Shown here: positions 1 through 14,350 of the stretch, in pieces
How positions within the stretch are numbered: the stretch's first letter is position 1
Layout: every line of letters starts with the position of its first letter
Source of the DNA: the human T2T-CHM13v2.0 reference genome, Homo sapiens
Direction: 5' to 3' (one strand)
Length of the DNA: 64,000 nt
NCBI RefSeq assembly: GCF_009914755.1
Contig: NC_060937.1
Made by a program: the position numbers and the translations under genes
Notes under the pieces: generated by a model
Database searches by the model: none
What the model was told of the DNA's origin: nothing
What the model saw: the letters and a program-made list of their open reading frames with translations, nothing else

Positions 1-521
1 ACTGACAGCAGTTGAGGAACTTCTGCCAAAATGTACCCAGGGTCCACTGCATGAATCAGTAGGTAATGGCAACAGTCCAGAAGTGTGGATGCCAAAAATT
101 CACATTCTTTATTTGCCATCCTTTACAATTAGAAGTTTAATGACTGCAAATCACTCCAGCCCTACTTTCATGGTTCATGTAATCACCAAACTGGAATCCC
201 AGCCAAAAAACCCAATGTTTCTCCTTTTTATTTTTCCCTTCTATTTTTAGCACATGCCTGGGTGTGTTTAACTTTGTGCTACAATTGTAATGAGAAACAG
301 ACATATGCATACAAACTCAGGAGTGCTTATGTGGATTCCACAATAGCATTTTTTTAGGTTGTTAGAGGAAATTAGTTCTAAATTACATATAATTGCTATC
401 CAATCCAAGAATGACAGACACCAAGTCTATCATAAACTTTTTGATGTCTAGAGATTATTTTAATCCGTCTTTTAAAAAAACATGTGCAGGAAGGAAAGAT
501 CAAAAGAATAAGCAGACATAC

Positions 522-660
522 CATGTGATGTAGCAATGTCACAGATTATATTAATTTCATCCAATGGTATTCTCCATGAGGCACATTCTTCAGTAAAGTT
601 TAGGGATCTTTCTTCATGTCTTTCTATTGGATACTCCTGTATATTTATAAGTGCTGGACC
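522..660 (-). CDS. VWA8: VWA8 coding exon (about exon 28): GPALINIQEYPIERHEERSLNFTEECASWRIPLDEINIICDIATSH
   Basis: Acceptor tttattatag|GGT, donor CATG|gtatgt; 139 nt, phase 0 to 1, in frame with the exon at 2541-2433. Confidence 0.95.
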
Positions 661-1369
661 CTATAATAAAGCAGTTATCTCAGTTAAGATATTTTGGTTG
701 TCACCAAAATGTAGAAAAGCTAAAGTTCTTCCAAAATATAAACTTTAACATTCAAGTATTTAATATCCTGCTATACCTTTTTTCAATTTATTGACAGGCT
801 TAGTACTCATAACAGTAATAGTATCACACACTTGCACTTATAAATGCTTTCACATGTGCTATCTTATTTAATTTCTCATTTTTTCTTTTTACTCACAAAA
901 TATACCAGATGTAAAATCCTATAGCATTTCTCATTTCTTCATTCCTTCCTAAGGCGAGAGCCAGTTTTGAACTCCAAGTATCAGGACGCAGAGCTGTCCA
1001 AACCAGGAGAATAATTCGCAAATGAATGAGCCAGAGCCTGATGCATTTCCATTGTGAAGAAGGATTTTTATGTCATTACACAGAAATGTAATGGTTAAAC
1101 CTGGGTATTTTAAATTAAATGCAAAACATGTGGCATTTGAAATTTTTTAAAAAACCAAACTTACTGATAACCACTAGTGGTGACTTATGAAGGATAGAGT
1201 ATTTCACACATGGTGATAATTATTCAATATAAATATAAGCAGAGGAGCTAATTTAATAATGTTAAGAATATTAGTTCTGGGTACTTAGATATGACTTCTT
1301 GAAAGAATGCTATAAATGTAAGCAAAAACCAGTGATTTGCATGCCCTACAGTCCTTAATTAATCAAAAA

Positions 1370-2065
1370 TGTTTGGACTAGATATTGGCATCCATGTCCC
1401 CCGCCCACCACCCCTCTTCTATCTAGTCTATATCTTGAGGGCTAGGGAGTAAGAAACTGCATTTCTCATACTCTCTTTAAAAAGGGTTCTGGAAATGATT
1501 TAGGTTTTGCCAATTAAATGCACTTGAATGAGATTTGGAAGGCAGAAAAGAGGTAGTGGCCATCTTCCTGCAGTGATAGCAGACAAGGAGGCTCTGACAA
1601 AAATGAACAGTTGGATTACCACATGTCTGGGTGTGTTTCACTTTGTCCTACTGTAAGGGTTGACAAACTATGGCCTCCAGGCCAGGTCTGATCCACAGCC
1701 TGTTTTTTTTGTAAATAAAATTTTGGTGAAACACAGCCACTTCCATTTGTTTACGTACTGCCATGGCTGATTTTGCACTATACGGCAGAGTTGAGTGGTT
1801 GCAACAGAATCTGTAGGGCCACAAAGCCTAAAATATTGACTCTGTGGTCCTTTAGAGAAAATGTTTGCTGACACTGCTCTACTGTGCTGCCCTCAGCAGC
1901 AGGGATGACAGCAGAAGCAGAAATACTGATCTTGAAATTACAAGTCCAGTGTTGCCCCTCAACTTCTGTTCCTGCTGCCCTTTCTAATGATTTTACAAGC
2001 ATCTACTTTCTCACAGTAAATTCCTTTCTGCTTGAAATACCTAGAGGGACTTCTATTACAACTAG
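1370..2065 (+). mobile_element. Old ERVL-type LTR fragment (LTR33-like), interrupted by MER58A
   Basis: The end 'aaattcctttctgcttgaaatacctagag' resembles LTR33-family 3' ends; diverged, boundaries approximate. Confidence 0.4.
1654..1876 (+). mobile_element. MER58A-like hAT-Charlie MITE
   Basis: Typical 'caaactatggcc...gtaaataaaattttggtgaaacacagccac...aaaatattgactctgtggtcctttagagaaaatgtttgctgac'; imperfect 8-bp TSD tcctactg/ctctactg. Confidence 0.85.
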
Positions 2066-2432
2066 TAACGGACAGTTCTTTACTTTACTTTCACATGAAG
2101 ACTGAACCTGGCAACAATGTGTGGCTAAAAAGAGGCCAAAAATCAAAAAGCACAAAGTTTTAATCCTATCAGCACAAGACAAATACCACAGAGCAACTTT
2201 CCTAGGAAAATATGTAACATACCTGACTCTCATCATCCAATTAGCTCTTTAGAAATTCTATTTAGCCTTTAGGAATTATCAACTGAGAGGCCAGCCTGAT
2301 TTGAAAGTTAGAGCAGAAGCTAAAATAACATCCGAACAAATCATTTCTGAGATTGTTTGAATTATCTCCAGGGAAGATACAGCAAAATTTATAAGGTTCA
2401 ATATTTTAAGAGAGAATAATGATGATATCAAC

Positions 2433-2541
2433 CTTTATGTCTATATGATGAGTTTCCACTGGACACAAGAGTTTTTGCATCCCACTTCTTGCCTGACCAA
2501 TTGTCCAGTAGCCCATGAACGTTTGTTCTGGCAGAGTCAAC
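2433..2541 (-). CDS. VWA8: VWA8 coding exon (about exon 27): (E)LTLPEQTFMGYWTIGQARSGMQKLLCPVETHHIDIK
   Basis: Acceptor ccttaacag|G, donor AAG|gttgat; 109 nt; the first G completes the GAG codon begun in the 18722 exon. Confidence 0.95.
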
Positions 2542-2907
2542 CTGTTAAGGATGATTTGCAAAGTAAATATTTCTTATTGTACCCAAGTCATAGAAAAAAA
2601 TAACACGGCATCTATTATCAACCACACAAATAAATTTGAAGAGTGCTTTACTTAGAAGTGAGTTATACTTCATTTTATTAAACGACAGTGTATAAAATCA
2701 TGTTTAAAATATACTTTAAGACAAAAAAGATCTCGCATTTCAGAAACTAAGAAGGTAAGGCAAGGTCCTGTTTTTACCTTAATGACAAATACAATTGATT
2801 TACATACATACTCCTTTGAATTGCAGTAATTGAACATCTAAATTTCTGGTAGAGTATAGGAAAACTTTTCTTTAAAATTGGAGCAATCTATCAATTTTTT
2901 CAGTCTA

Positions 2908-3190
2908 TTTTTTTTTTTTTTTTTTGAGACGAAGTTTCACTCTTGTTGCCCAGACTGGAGTGCAGTTGTGTGATATCGGCTCACCACAACCTCTGCCTCC
3001 TGGGTTCAAGCAATTCTTTTGTTTTAGCCTTCCTGAGTAGCTGGGATTACAGGCATGCGCCACCACACCCGGCTAATTTTGTATTTTTAGTAGAGACGGG
3101 GTTTCTCAGGTTGGTCTCGACCTCAGGTGATCTGCCCGCCTTGGCCTCCCAAAGTGCTGGGATTACAGGCATGAGCCACCGTGCCCAGAC
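2908..3190 (-). mobile_element. AluS (Sp/Sq-like) with small internal deletions
   Basis: Poly-T followed by the reverse Alu body 'gagacgaagtttcactcttgttgccc...gggattacaggcatgagccacc'. Confidence 0.95.
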
Positions 3191-3593
3191 AATTCTTTTA
3201 AATTTGGAATCAAATAATGAAGAGTACACCATACTACTAGTCCCACATTTGTATGTTGTATAGGGCAAGTTTCATAGACTTTATTTTGGCATCTTAATTT
3301 TTTTCACTTTGAATTAAAATATAAAATACATACTAAAATGTCCACATAAATGTCAGTTCTGCACACATGTGTAACAAGTACCCAAAGAGGTAGAGCATTA
3401 CTGGCATCCAGAAGCACCTGTGGGGCCACTTTCAGCACTAATCCACCAAGGGAGCTAAATGCTGATTTCTGATGGAATCATTCTGTATTTAGATTCCCTT
3501 TTATTTAAAATGACTTTCAAATAAGGTGATTTGCCAAAACCAACATGGCAATACTAAAGTATAAAACAGCAGATAATTTTTTTTAAGTCTTCA

Positions 3594-3885
3594 TTTTTTT
3601 TTTTTTTCTTTGAGACAGGGTCTCACTCTGTCACCCAGGCTGGAGGGCAGTAGGGCAATCACAGCTCACTGCATCCTTGAACTCCTGGACTCATGATCCT
3701 CCCACCTCATCCTCCTAAGTAGCAGGGACTACAGGCATGCAAAACTATGCCTGGCTAATTTTTTTATTTTTTATTTTTAGTAGAAGCAGGGTCTTGCTGT
3801 GTTGCCCAGGCTGGTCTCAAACTCCTGGACTGAAGTGATCCTCCTGCTACAGCCTCCGAAAGTGCTGGGATTACAAGTGTAAGCC
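3594..3885 (-). mobile_element. AluJ, slightly 5'-truncated
   Basis: Diverged Alu body; TSD aagtcttca at 3585-3593 and 3886-3894. Confidence 0.9.
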
Positions 3886-6800
3886 AAGTCTTCACTTTTT
3901 AATCATACTATCTTTTATTTGAGTCTTTAAAATAGGAACCATTGATTTGTCATTTAATGCATTAGAAAATTAGTGATTCAGAGTTAAAAGCTCTTTAAAA
4001 ATAATATGCACATGGCTACAAATTGAAATGTATCCTTGGAATGAGTTTGATGATCATTAAAAGAACACGTTTATATTTAGAAATTATTTTATTTAAAGTA
4101 AAAAGTAGTCTGACATAATATTTCCATATGCTTAATAAGATCATGTAAGGCTAAGATATTTTTTGCATAAAATAATGGAAGCAAACATTCTAGTAGAATA
4201 TGCTTTTCGTCCCTTTTGAATGCTAATGTTTATCACAAGAGGAACGAAATTAAAAAGAAATTTACATTGAAATTCTTCTAAGTCATATGACATAAACCTC
4301 TCAAAAGCACACACACACTTTTGAATCTATCATCTAAAATATATTTTAAGTATCTGTACAATTATCTCAATCGGGGACCCACTTACTTCCATCTTTTTAC
4401 CAGGAAAGAATGTGTGTGTGCAGGGGGTCGGGGGAGGGTACTGAATTAGGGGAATAAAGGGTTTTACAATTACTGTGTTCTCTCTTTTGAATGTAATAAA
4501 AATACATTTCTGTGTTAATAGGCCAGATCTTGAAAACATAGACTGGGATCTCTCTCTTGGTTTAGGGAATAAACTATATTTTACATTTGCTTTCAGCAGT
4601 TCACCAAAGGAGAATTGGGGCTCCAAATGTAGAAACAGAAAAATAACAGAAGGAGATACACTTAATATTCTGCCAGCATAGAAGACATAATGTAACAGAC
4701 TGCAAGAGATTTGGGTTTTAGTTCTAGTTCTTTTATTAACCTGCTATATAAACTCGGGAAGGGGAAAGTCCATTGTTTTCTCTAAGTATTAATTTTTTTT
4801 CTTTTTTTGTCTTTTTGACTTTGCTTGATATTAATTTCTTCATTTGTGAAATGAAGGGAATGATCTGTAAAGTTCCTTACAGCTTGGGGAGTCTGTGAGG
4901 ATCAAGGAAGAGAGTAGAGAGAAGTGTCACTGGTAAGTTTTATAGTCTTGCATTGTCTTGATACTCTGAAGTGAAAATAAATAATCAGAATGAAAATATC
5001 TATAGTTACCAACAGAACAGATCCCCTGATAGATACACATGCTTTATTAAAGCATATAAAAACAAGCTCTGAATACATCCCAAATTGGTTCTTTGAAGAC
5101 AACAGAAACAGTTTCACATCTTGAAATTTAATTTAATTCAGGGGAGATCATTAATTAAAACAATCTTTGGTTGATACCTAGCCTAAAAAATTGATCTAAT
5201 ATATTCTTTCATAAACCGTACCAAACAATCATATAAATGCTTTAAAAAAATAAAAAACCTTCATCCATTTGAGAAAAAGTAACTTTGCTCAACTTTCAGA
5301 TTTTACTGACAATGCCAGGCATGTTCATAAAATCTGGTTTGAACTTGCCAACTCATTCTAAGTAAGTCATGGAAATTATATGTTGTCTGGCTGTATATAA
5401 AAATAGCACTGGCTGTTTGGTTGGCAGGGTATGGGAAGGACCTCCAGGTACCCTATACAGAATCTATTTCAGAACCACATAACATGATGCTATTTGGCAG
5501 TAATAACTAAACTGAAAGACACATAACACAGGGTGTCCTGGAGTTACACAATCAAACTGACTCCATCCTGTCCCTTGGTAACATGGGGTATTATTGTTTC
5601 CGGACTTTTACTGTAGGCTCTAGGCTGGCCAAACTGAGGTAAACCCAAGACCCTCATTTATTTTCCACTACTAAGACCTCTGAATAAGCTGTGGGAAAAT
5701 TTGACCATTACTAACTTTCTCTCCCTTGGTAAGTTAGTAGTCAGGGGAAAGGGGAAGCATTGTATTATATTTCGGTAAATGAGCAAGCTTTGGAATTTGA
5801 AACATAATCAACATTAATTTAGGGGAAACTCTAAATAACCAGCTAGCAAAAGGCCCTCTATTCCCTTAGTGAACTATGTCATCCAACTCTGACCAGACTT
5901 AAGTTTTAATATCTGATTTGATTAAAACAATAATGGCATTTTCCATGGCTTTAAGACTTTGTCACTTGTATTGTTTAACTTTGTTAAAGTCCTAGCTGGA
6001 AAGATGTGTGGATTTGATTTCATGGGGAAGGAGAAGGAACTTAAGGCCCATAAATAGCACTACTTTTTATCTGCAATGTCATTCATGAATTTATGTTTTT
6101 TTAAAACAGTGAAATATTTCAGTTCCTATGTTTGTCATTTCTTAATCCCTTGTGGAAATGATAATAAGGATCTGGAAGTAAAAGTTTGGACTAAAAGAAA
6201 GGTGAGTATCATAATTATGACTCAGGTCAAATTATAGTATTTGAGCAAGTTACAGAAAGAACAAAAAAGGTTTTCTTTTTTTAAAAAACACACATACAAT
6301 TCATAACATGATGCATATGGACACCAAAGCCAAGTACTATATAGTCTGAATGACATGCAACAGATTTGTCTAAGATTGCTTCCATAAAGAGGTGAGCTGG
6401 GTTTTAAAGAGTATGTTCTGGCAAATTTCTGCCTTCTCTGAACATTTGCCAATACTATTTTTGGAATATGAAAGAAAACACATGCAAAAGATTTGGATCT
6501 TTCTAGGGGCATTATGCAATTGGAAGTTGTTGACATACCTATTATCAACAATTCCGAAAACATTTCCTTACCACAAGAACTACTAATTTTCATGGGAATA
6601 ATGGAACCCTTCAGGGCTGTTCCAACAACTCTCAAAAATTCAACAATTACTACCATCTTTGAGAAGAAAAATAACAACTCCAATTTTAGCAGGCCTCACT
6701 CATTCCTGATGTTTTAAATCTAATTTCTGGCAAAAATTAAGTTGAGTTGTCCAACAAAGTTCACTGGAGCCTTTCATGGAATAGCCCTGACTAATAATTC

Positions 6801-7153
6801 TGGCTTTGTGCTTATCCCTTCCTTTCAGTCTCAGCCACCTCAAACTATTAGTTGCTATTCCTGAATATGCTATGCATTTTCATGCTTCCAGGAGGCCATT
6901 ACCTCTGCCTAGAATTCCTTTCTGCTCTGGCCTCCTTGGTGAAATCCTTCTTATTCCCAAGTGCCAATTCAAATGTCACTCCCCCTTGCATTACTCCCCA
7001 CTCCCCTATATTCCTTTCTGGGAAAAATGAATTCCTTACACTTCTGGGTTTCCACATAAATTTATACATACAAAACTCCTAGAAACTCTTAGAATAAATT
7101 TCTATAGAATCTGTAATTTTCACATTAAAGACCTGAGAGAGAAAAAATTTTAG

Positions 7154-7652
<499 letters not shown>

Positions 7653-8898
7653 CTACCATCTCACAGGATGTTGGTAAATTAATTTGGCTTTGCTGCAAAT
7701 GATGTATACCTGAGTATTTGTACATATTTTCTCTTTCTGTGCTTGGTTCTGCATTTAGCTATTATGGCTTCCACTTCATAACTTAGACTTGTATACCTCT
7801 CCCACCTAGGTCCTGCAGAGATCACAGAAATGCAGAGTAATCTAGATGTATGAGATGGAAGATTTTGGGAAATTTGCTATTCTTGGCAGGCACTTCTCAA
7901 ATATACTCCCCGATACCCAGAATGACACTGTAGTTTAGTGCTGTTGCCCAGCGTCACTCAGAGCCAAAGCAGATGTTGTCAGCTTGCTCCACACATCTCT
8001 GGCTCTCTTCCTCCTCACAGAAGTTGCCAGACTAGTTCTGGGGCCAGGGTTTCCTTTCCTTCATCTTTCTTCACATTTCACTGAAAAAAAGTCTTCTCTC
8101 TTTCTGCCATCTGCTTTATCAGTTGCATCTTAGTATTTTCTAATCTTATGTTCTTTCCTTTTCTAATCGTCCACGACAAGAATAACTGGGACTGAAACTC
8201 TCCCAGTTGTTGAAAACTTTCCCAGAGAAAAATTTCCTGTATTTCTCACAAGGACTCACGGAATGAAAACTCTACTATGAATATAGCACTTTGAATATAA
8301 CATTGCATAATAAGGTTGGTAGTTTTACATGTTTTCCTTACTAGAGTGTTAATGCATCGAGAGTAAGCCTTACATATTACTCATTTGGATCTCTAGTATT
8401 CAGAATCCATCAGTTCTGCCACCTAATCCTCTCTCGCTGTTGTACCTCTTTTTCATTGCCACGGCCACAATGTGGGCCTCATTCTTCATCACCTGGGTTA
8501 CTGCAACTGCTTTGCAACAGGTCTTCCTGCCTTTAGGTTCACCGCCTTTCAGTTTATTACCTTTAGAAAACCAAAAAGGAGTCTTTTTAAATTAGAAAGG
8601 TAACCATGTTGTTCTCTGATTGAAACTCTGATCTCTTCCTTTCAGCCTCACCACTCAGCATGCTCTCATTTAACCCTGAGTTAGTTGCCAAAGGGCCTCT
8701 AATTTCCAAAATGCACCATATTTTCTTAAAATGTCTCCAGTGTTCTTCCCTTCTTTATTTGCCTGGAGAATAATTTAATGATTCAGCCTCTCTATCTTCA
8801 CTGACTCTTCCCCAGGGCAGATGGCTGCAATCCTGAGTCTTGGTTCCCTCTTGTGTGGCTCTAACTTCACATGAGTCACTCTGTCTCTCTGTCTCTCT

Positions 8899-9077
8899 CT
8901 TTTTTTTTTTTTTTTTTTAAGAAACAGGGTCTAGCTATGTTGCCCAGCTGGAGTGCAATGGCTATTCACAGGTGCAATCATTGTGCTCCACAGCCTTGAA
9001 CTTATGGGCTCAAGGAATCCTCCTGCCTCAGCCTCCTGAGTAGCTGGGACTACAAACATGCACCACCACTCCTGGCT
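8899..9077 (-). mobile_element. FAM (fossil Alu monomer)
   Basis: Single monomer that retains the 7SL-derived 'gctattcacaggtgcaatc' segment; poly-T tail. Confidence 0.8.
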
Positions 9078-10723
9078 ACAAGTCAGTCTTTCACTTGACA
9101 GCTTTCCCAATTAATTGTGATCGCTTCAAAGGCAGATAATGAGTCTTCGTCACCTTTATAATTCATACTCCCTATATGTTGTTTACCACTAAGTAAGCGT
9201 CTGGTAAATGAAAGAATGCTTGGTTATATTATAACTGCCAACATTTTGACCTACTTGTTTCTCATCTCAACGGCAATTTGCAAACTACTATGGTAAATTT
9301 TCCCTTTGCATTCTGATTACATGTCAACCATTTCCTTCACTTACAAGACTCAACAAATGATGCACTCTACTTTGCAGGTATATTTAGAAACGATAGCTAC
9401 AGGTGGGGATTGGTGATTTCTATTCAGCTGGGAGACAGGCTTTCATAAAACATCACTTTTAAATGCTTAAGGGATCCAGAATCATTCTGTGCTACTGCAT
9501 GCATGAGAGAAGATTCATAGATCTTGAAAATTTCTATGTAGATTCGTTTTGTATCCCCATAAATGAGCTAAAAGCAAATGGAATGGCTGTGAAGCTACTT
9601 CATAATATGCCAAGAGAATATAAGGCAAAGACTATGACAATATAAAACTCATCACCACTCTTCTGCTTATGGCACTTTTGAGATGTCATTAAGTAGACTT
9701 TATCATTTTTGAAACAAACAGCTCTTTTCTGAAATGAAATTAAATAGTCATTCAGAGTGGAATTGTACACCTTAGAACTCCACGATCAACACCATGAACT
9801 TATTTGAAAAAACTATGACTACAAAAAGAAAATTATGACATATAATAATTCGGGAAAATGAAAGAAAGGCACAAAACTTTAAACAAAGAATATTTTATGT
9901 TAGTTGGATAAACAGTAAACTGATAATCATTCTGACTTTCAAAGAGAATCTAATAAACGTATTCCAAAGAGAGGCCCTGGCAGGGGGATGTTCTTTTTGA
10001 TGCCTCTGATACTTTGAAGACTCCATAGTTGTTCTTTGTTAGAGAAGTAGCAGCTGCTATTGATGGCACAACTATGTAAATTTTTAAAGCAGAAAACCGA
10101 TTCTAGGCAGATGTCCTTTCAAGGGCAAATTCAAAAGAGATGAAGCTTTCTGTCTGCAAATATGCACATCTGGCACTGCTCTGAAAAGATAAATACTAAG
10201 TACAATCCTGTAACACACACTGCAGTACACACAAATGAAAACACAATCTCAGCTACTTTCATCAGGGGTAATACTAAAATATGTTGATGCATCAAAAGTA
10301 AGGGTTACATCTCTGATATAAGGGAAGGAAGTTACTACTTATTTGGCTTCCCTATTCAATTAGGGACAGTAGATGCCAGAAGCTATGAGTTGGAAGGACG
10401 TTAAGGACTATTTAATTCATTGTTCTAAGTCTGAATCCTCTCAAGTGCCTCCCCAAAAAGGTTTGTCCAGATCTGTTTGAACCCAATCTACAGAAAGTAC
10501 ACCTTCTCTTTGTCCTCAGTAGTCTATTCCTTCTTTGAATGAATATAGGAGCTATTAGCCCCCCAAAGGAAGCCTACTCTAAGTTGTAATGACTTAATAG
10601 CAACTTACAGGTACACAGGTAATGCACAGGGATTTATGATTAATCTGTTAAAGTGATTATATTAATGATCGTAATTTTGAAGATCATAGTACTAAGTAAA
10701 GGATTTTTATAAAAGAAATTTCA

Positions 10724-11024
<301 letters not shown>

Positions 11025-11127
11025 TTAAAAAGAATTGTTCTATTCATTTTGAAGAATTTGTTAATGCAAACACTTTTTTTTTTTTTAAAGCAAAAGCAAA
11101 TCCTTATTGCAGGAGAAAAGATTTAGG

Positions 11128-11528
11128 ATACAAATACTACATGTTCTCACTCATATGTGGGAGCTAAAAAACTTACCTCATGGACATAGAGAATGGAATG
11201 ATAGATACCAGAGGTTGGGAAGGTTGAGTGGGTGGGAGGGGCTTATGAAGAGAGGTTGGTTGATGGGTACTAAAATACAGTTAGGTAGAAGAGATATGTT
11301 CTAATGATTGATAGCAGACTAGAGTGACTATACTTAGCAATAACATTTTGTATATTTCAAAGTAACTAGAAAACAGTACTTGAAATGACACCAACACATA
11401 GAAATGAGAAATATTCAAGGACATGGATACCCCAAATACCCTGACTTGATCATTATACATTTCATGCATGTAACAAATACTCACATGTGCTCCATAAATA
11501 TGTAAAATATTATGTATCAATAAAAAAA
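11128..11528 (+). mobile_element. L1MA 3' end
   Basis: 'atgttctcactcatatgtgggagctaaaaa...cctgacttgatcattatacat...gtatcaataaaaaa'. Confidence 0.85.
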
Positions 11529-11779
11529 GATTTAAGATAATCTGCTCAGATTTTATAGAAGGGATGTGTTTATTAATTCCTGGAATCAATGACAAATAAC
11601 ATTAATATGAGGAAAACTGTAATTAAAAGAATAGGCCTAGTCCTCAATGCAAATATCTGATCCATGTTTCCAAATGGTAGAAAATAGAATTTGAAAGACA
11701 ACTCTAAAGCTTCCATTATCTTTGAAATCTCCATATCTAATGTTGTATTGCATGGCTTTTCCCATGAAAACAGTTGACT

Positions 11780-12060
11780 AAACATAAAGATGATGTTTGG
11801 AATCAGAGAGATCTGTGGTTGAATGCCCCGTTCTATCACTTATTGGTTGTAGAATTTATTTAAGGTCTCTTGAATTTCCGTTTTTTAATCTGTAAAACAG
11901 ATTCAAACACACAAATGTACATACCCCAAAACCTAATAGATAATAGAAAAAAATTACTTAATAGAAAAAACAATATTGTAATGTAGATTAGATGAGCTAA
12001 CATTTGTAAAGTGCTTAGAGCACTTAATAAAGACTTGATAAATGTCAACTATTTTTATTT
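11780..12060 (+). mobile_element. MIR
   Basis: MIR core-like 'atctgtaaaacag...tgtaaagtgcttagagcac'; diverged. Confidence 0.6.
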
Positions 12061-14149
12061 TTGCTGCTTTAAAAATGTGTTGTCTACCCTCACTTGATAT
12101 GTTTATGTTGACACCTACCAATGCATAAACTTACTTATGCATTGGTAGGTTTAACTTCTGGTTAAAATGCCATAGAAATGCCTAGTTAACTTGATTTTTC
12201 ACTTGCCGTTGGCAAAAGTGCCAATGTTCTGCCATTAGAGTAGGCACTGCTGTGTGGTATAAGCTTTGCTGTACTGGAGGCAAAGGTTCTAAGAAACAGC
12301 AATTTCAGCACAGGCCTTTAAAATTTTCATTTAAATAAGAGGACAAAATGAAAAATTCCAGTGTCCGGAGAGTCAATAGACATTTTACAAATAAAATGTA
12401 GAAAATAATACATGTGTTAGAAAATTAAAATATTACTAAATGTGATGCATCCTTTTCTCTTTCTAGGGCCTCTCTCAAAAACAACCACTACAAACAGCTA
12501 TCCCTGTGTTCTGAAATAGTTTAAAAAGTGAACCTATTATATTTAATAAAAATATTGGCTATTATGGTCTTAGAACGTGTTAATTCAAAGTTACCTTATT
12601 TTGCCTGAAACACAAAATGTAAAAAATTTTAATTAAAGCATTAGAAGGCAGGAAGAAAATGCATAACAACAGGAAATCTGAGGAGTAACTACAAGACTTC
12701 ATTAGGGCATCCTTTCCAGCTACAGGACACTTTTAAAGTACAGTCTCATATCACAGTTATTTTTAGATGTGCAGTTTATCTGGCAAGAGCATTTTTATAT
12801 GTCTGAAAAGGATGATGACATTTAAACCTATGCATAAAGACACAAAGCACTGATACTAATGTTTTTAATCCTGATGAGAACATCTCATATACTTTATGAA
12901 TCTTGTTCATTATGTTTAGAAAAAATAAGTTTACAATTTCAAGGAATGAGGGAAATGGAGAAAAAGTAGAGATGGGAAAGAAGTGTTAGACATAATTAAA
13001 TAAATTTATTTTTGATAACTTTCTTTCCAACAAATTAGCTTGTGAATGAAGTGTCTTAAGAAGAACTCCTGGAATATCTCTTCTATTATGTCAAAAAGAA
13101 AGACTCAAGAAAATAAAAATAATTAGAAAGAAATATTTTTCAGTGCATGAAATAACACATACAGTCACAGGAAAAAGTCTAGAAGGATCATCAATGGCTA
13201 TTTCTGGATGGTAACATTACAGGAGTTTTTATTTTCTTTTTGCTGATTAATTTTAAAAATAAATGGGATGCCATTCTTCATTTAGTAAATATCATCATAA
13301 AGAAAGCCAACATCTAAAAAACTTTTTAATTTCCTTAGTTTTTTTTTCTATTTGACTGATAGAAATGGATGTTTGTTAAATAATAGCTAGTTTGCTAGTG
13401 ACAAATAGGCATTGAATGCTCTGGGAGGAAAAGTAGCTTAATATGAAGTAAGTAGTTTAACATCAAGTAAGTAGCATTAAAAAAGAAATCAACAGAATTA
13501 AGGGCAAAGAACTTGGAGCAGAGAGAATGAACATTTAAGTATTTTATAGAATGTGTGTCTCCTAGAGAAGGCAGGGAGAGAAAAACACATGAAGGTAACT
13601 TCAGAGGATAGAGACAATTTCTCTGTATGCTTATTTAAAAAATTACCACAATCTTTGAGAAGTCTATAAATTTCTTTTGTGTTCCAAATCAAGAAGAAAT
13701 GATGGCTAGTATACTTCTTATATAAGGTAGTCATACAAAGTTTTCTAAGGTTTTTATTTTTCTAAGTGAATCACCTTGTGTTTTATTTTTTGATCCTCCA
13801 TATGTCACAAGAAAAGGAAACTTAAATGAGAATGAAGAGGTCTCCAAAATGATCTCTGTTGTGCCAAAAGTCTCTATTTATCTGCTTCGTGGTTACTCTT
13901 CACTTTGAACTATGGCTAAAATCCAAGCATCTGAATCTGTTATAATTCCTTGAAGAATAAGAATTTGTATATTGTATGTACATGACATCACGGTCAATGA
14001 TGAGTTCCAAGTTGGTTACTTAAAATCCCAAGGTCCTTTTAAGCCAAAACTATTGATAATTTTCAGTATCTAAATAACTACTCTGATCTAGAAATTCCCT
14101 GCAATCTACATATCAATCTGTTTATATCATCCTTAGAATTGGAATTAAT

Positions 14150-14350
14150 ATTACATATAGCCCAGCTGTACCCCTGCTTTCTAACCTCCAGCAAGTTACA
14201 TAACTTCTCTGTGCCTCAAATTCCTCATCTACAAGATGCAATAATATTATATATATGCCATAGGTCCGTTGGGAGAATTATATACATTTATGTAAAGAAA
14301 GTGCTTGGAAATATGTCTGGTACGTAGTTATCTATAAATGTTTCTATTAC
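14150..14350 (+). mobile_element. MIR
   Basis: 'caagttacataacttctctgtgcctcaaattcctcatct...gtgcttggaaatatgtctggtacgtag'. Confidence 0.7.

Noticed and set aside
1-250. Possible further VWA8 exon at the window start
   Set aside because: I found no acceptor plus frame that matches the expected continuation of the protein; the next exon probably lies outside the window.
4422-4462. G-quadruplex-like G tracts
   Set aside because: Isolated, with long loops and no promoter context; common in genomes.
6222-6717. Overlapping ORFs up to 153 aa, with faint resemblance to a hAT transposase C-terminus
   Set aside because: No convincing motif or splice context, and the VWA8 frame is complete without them.
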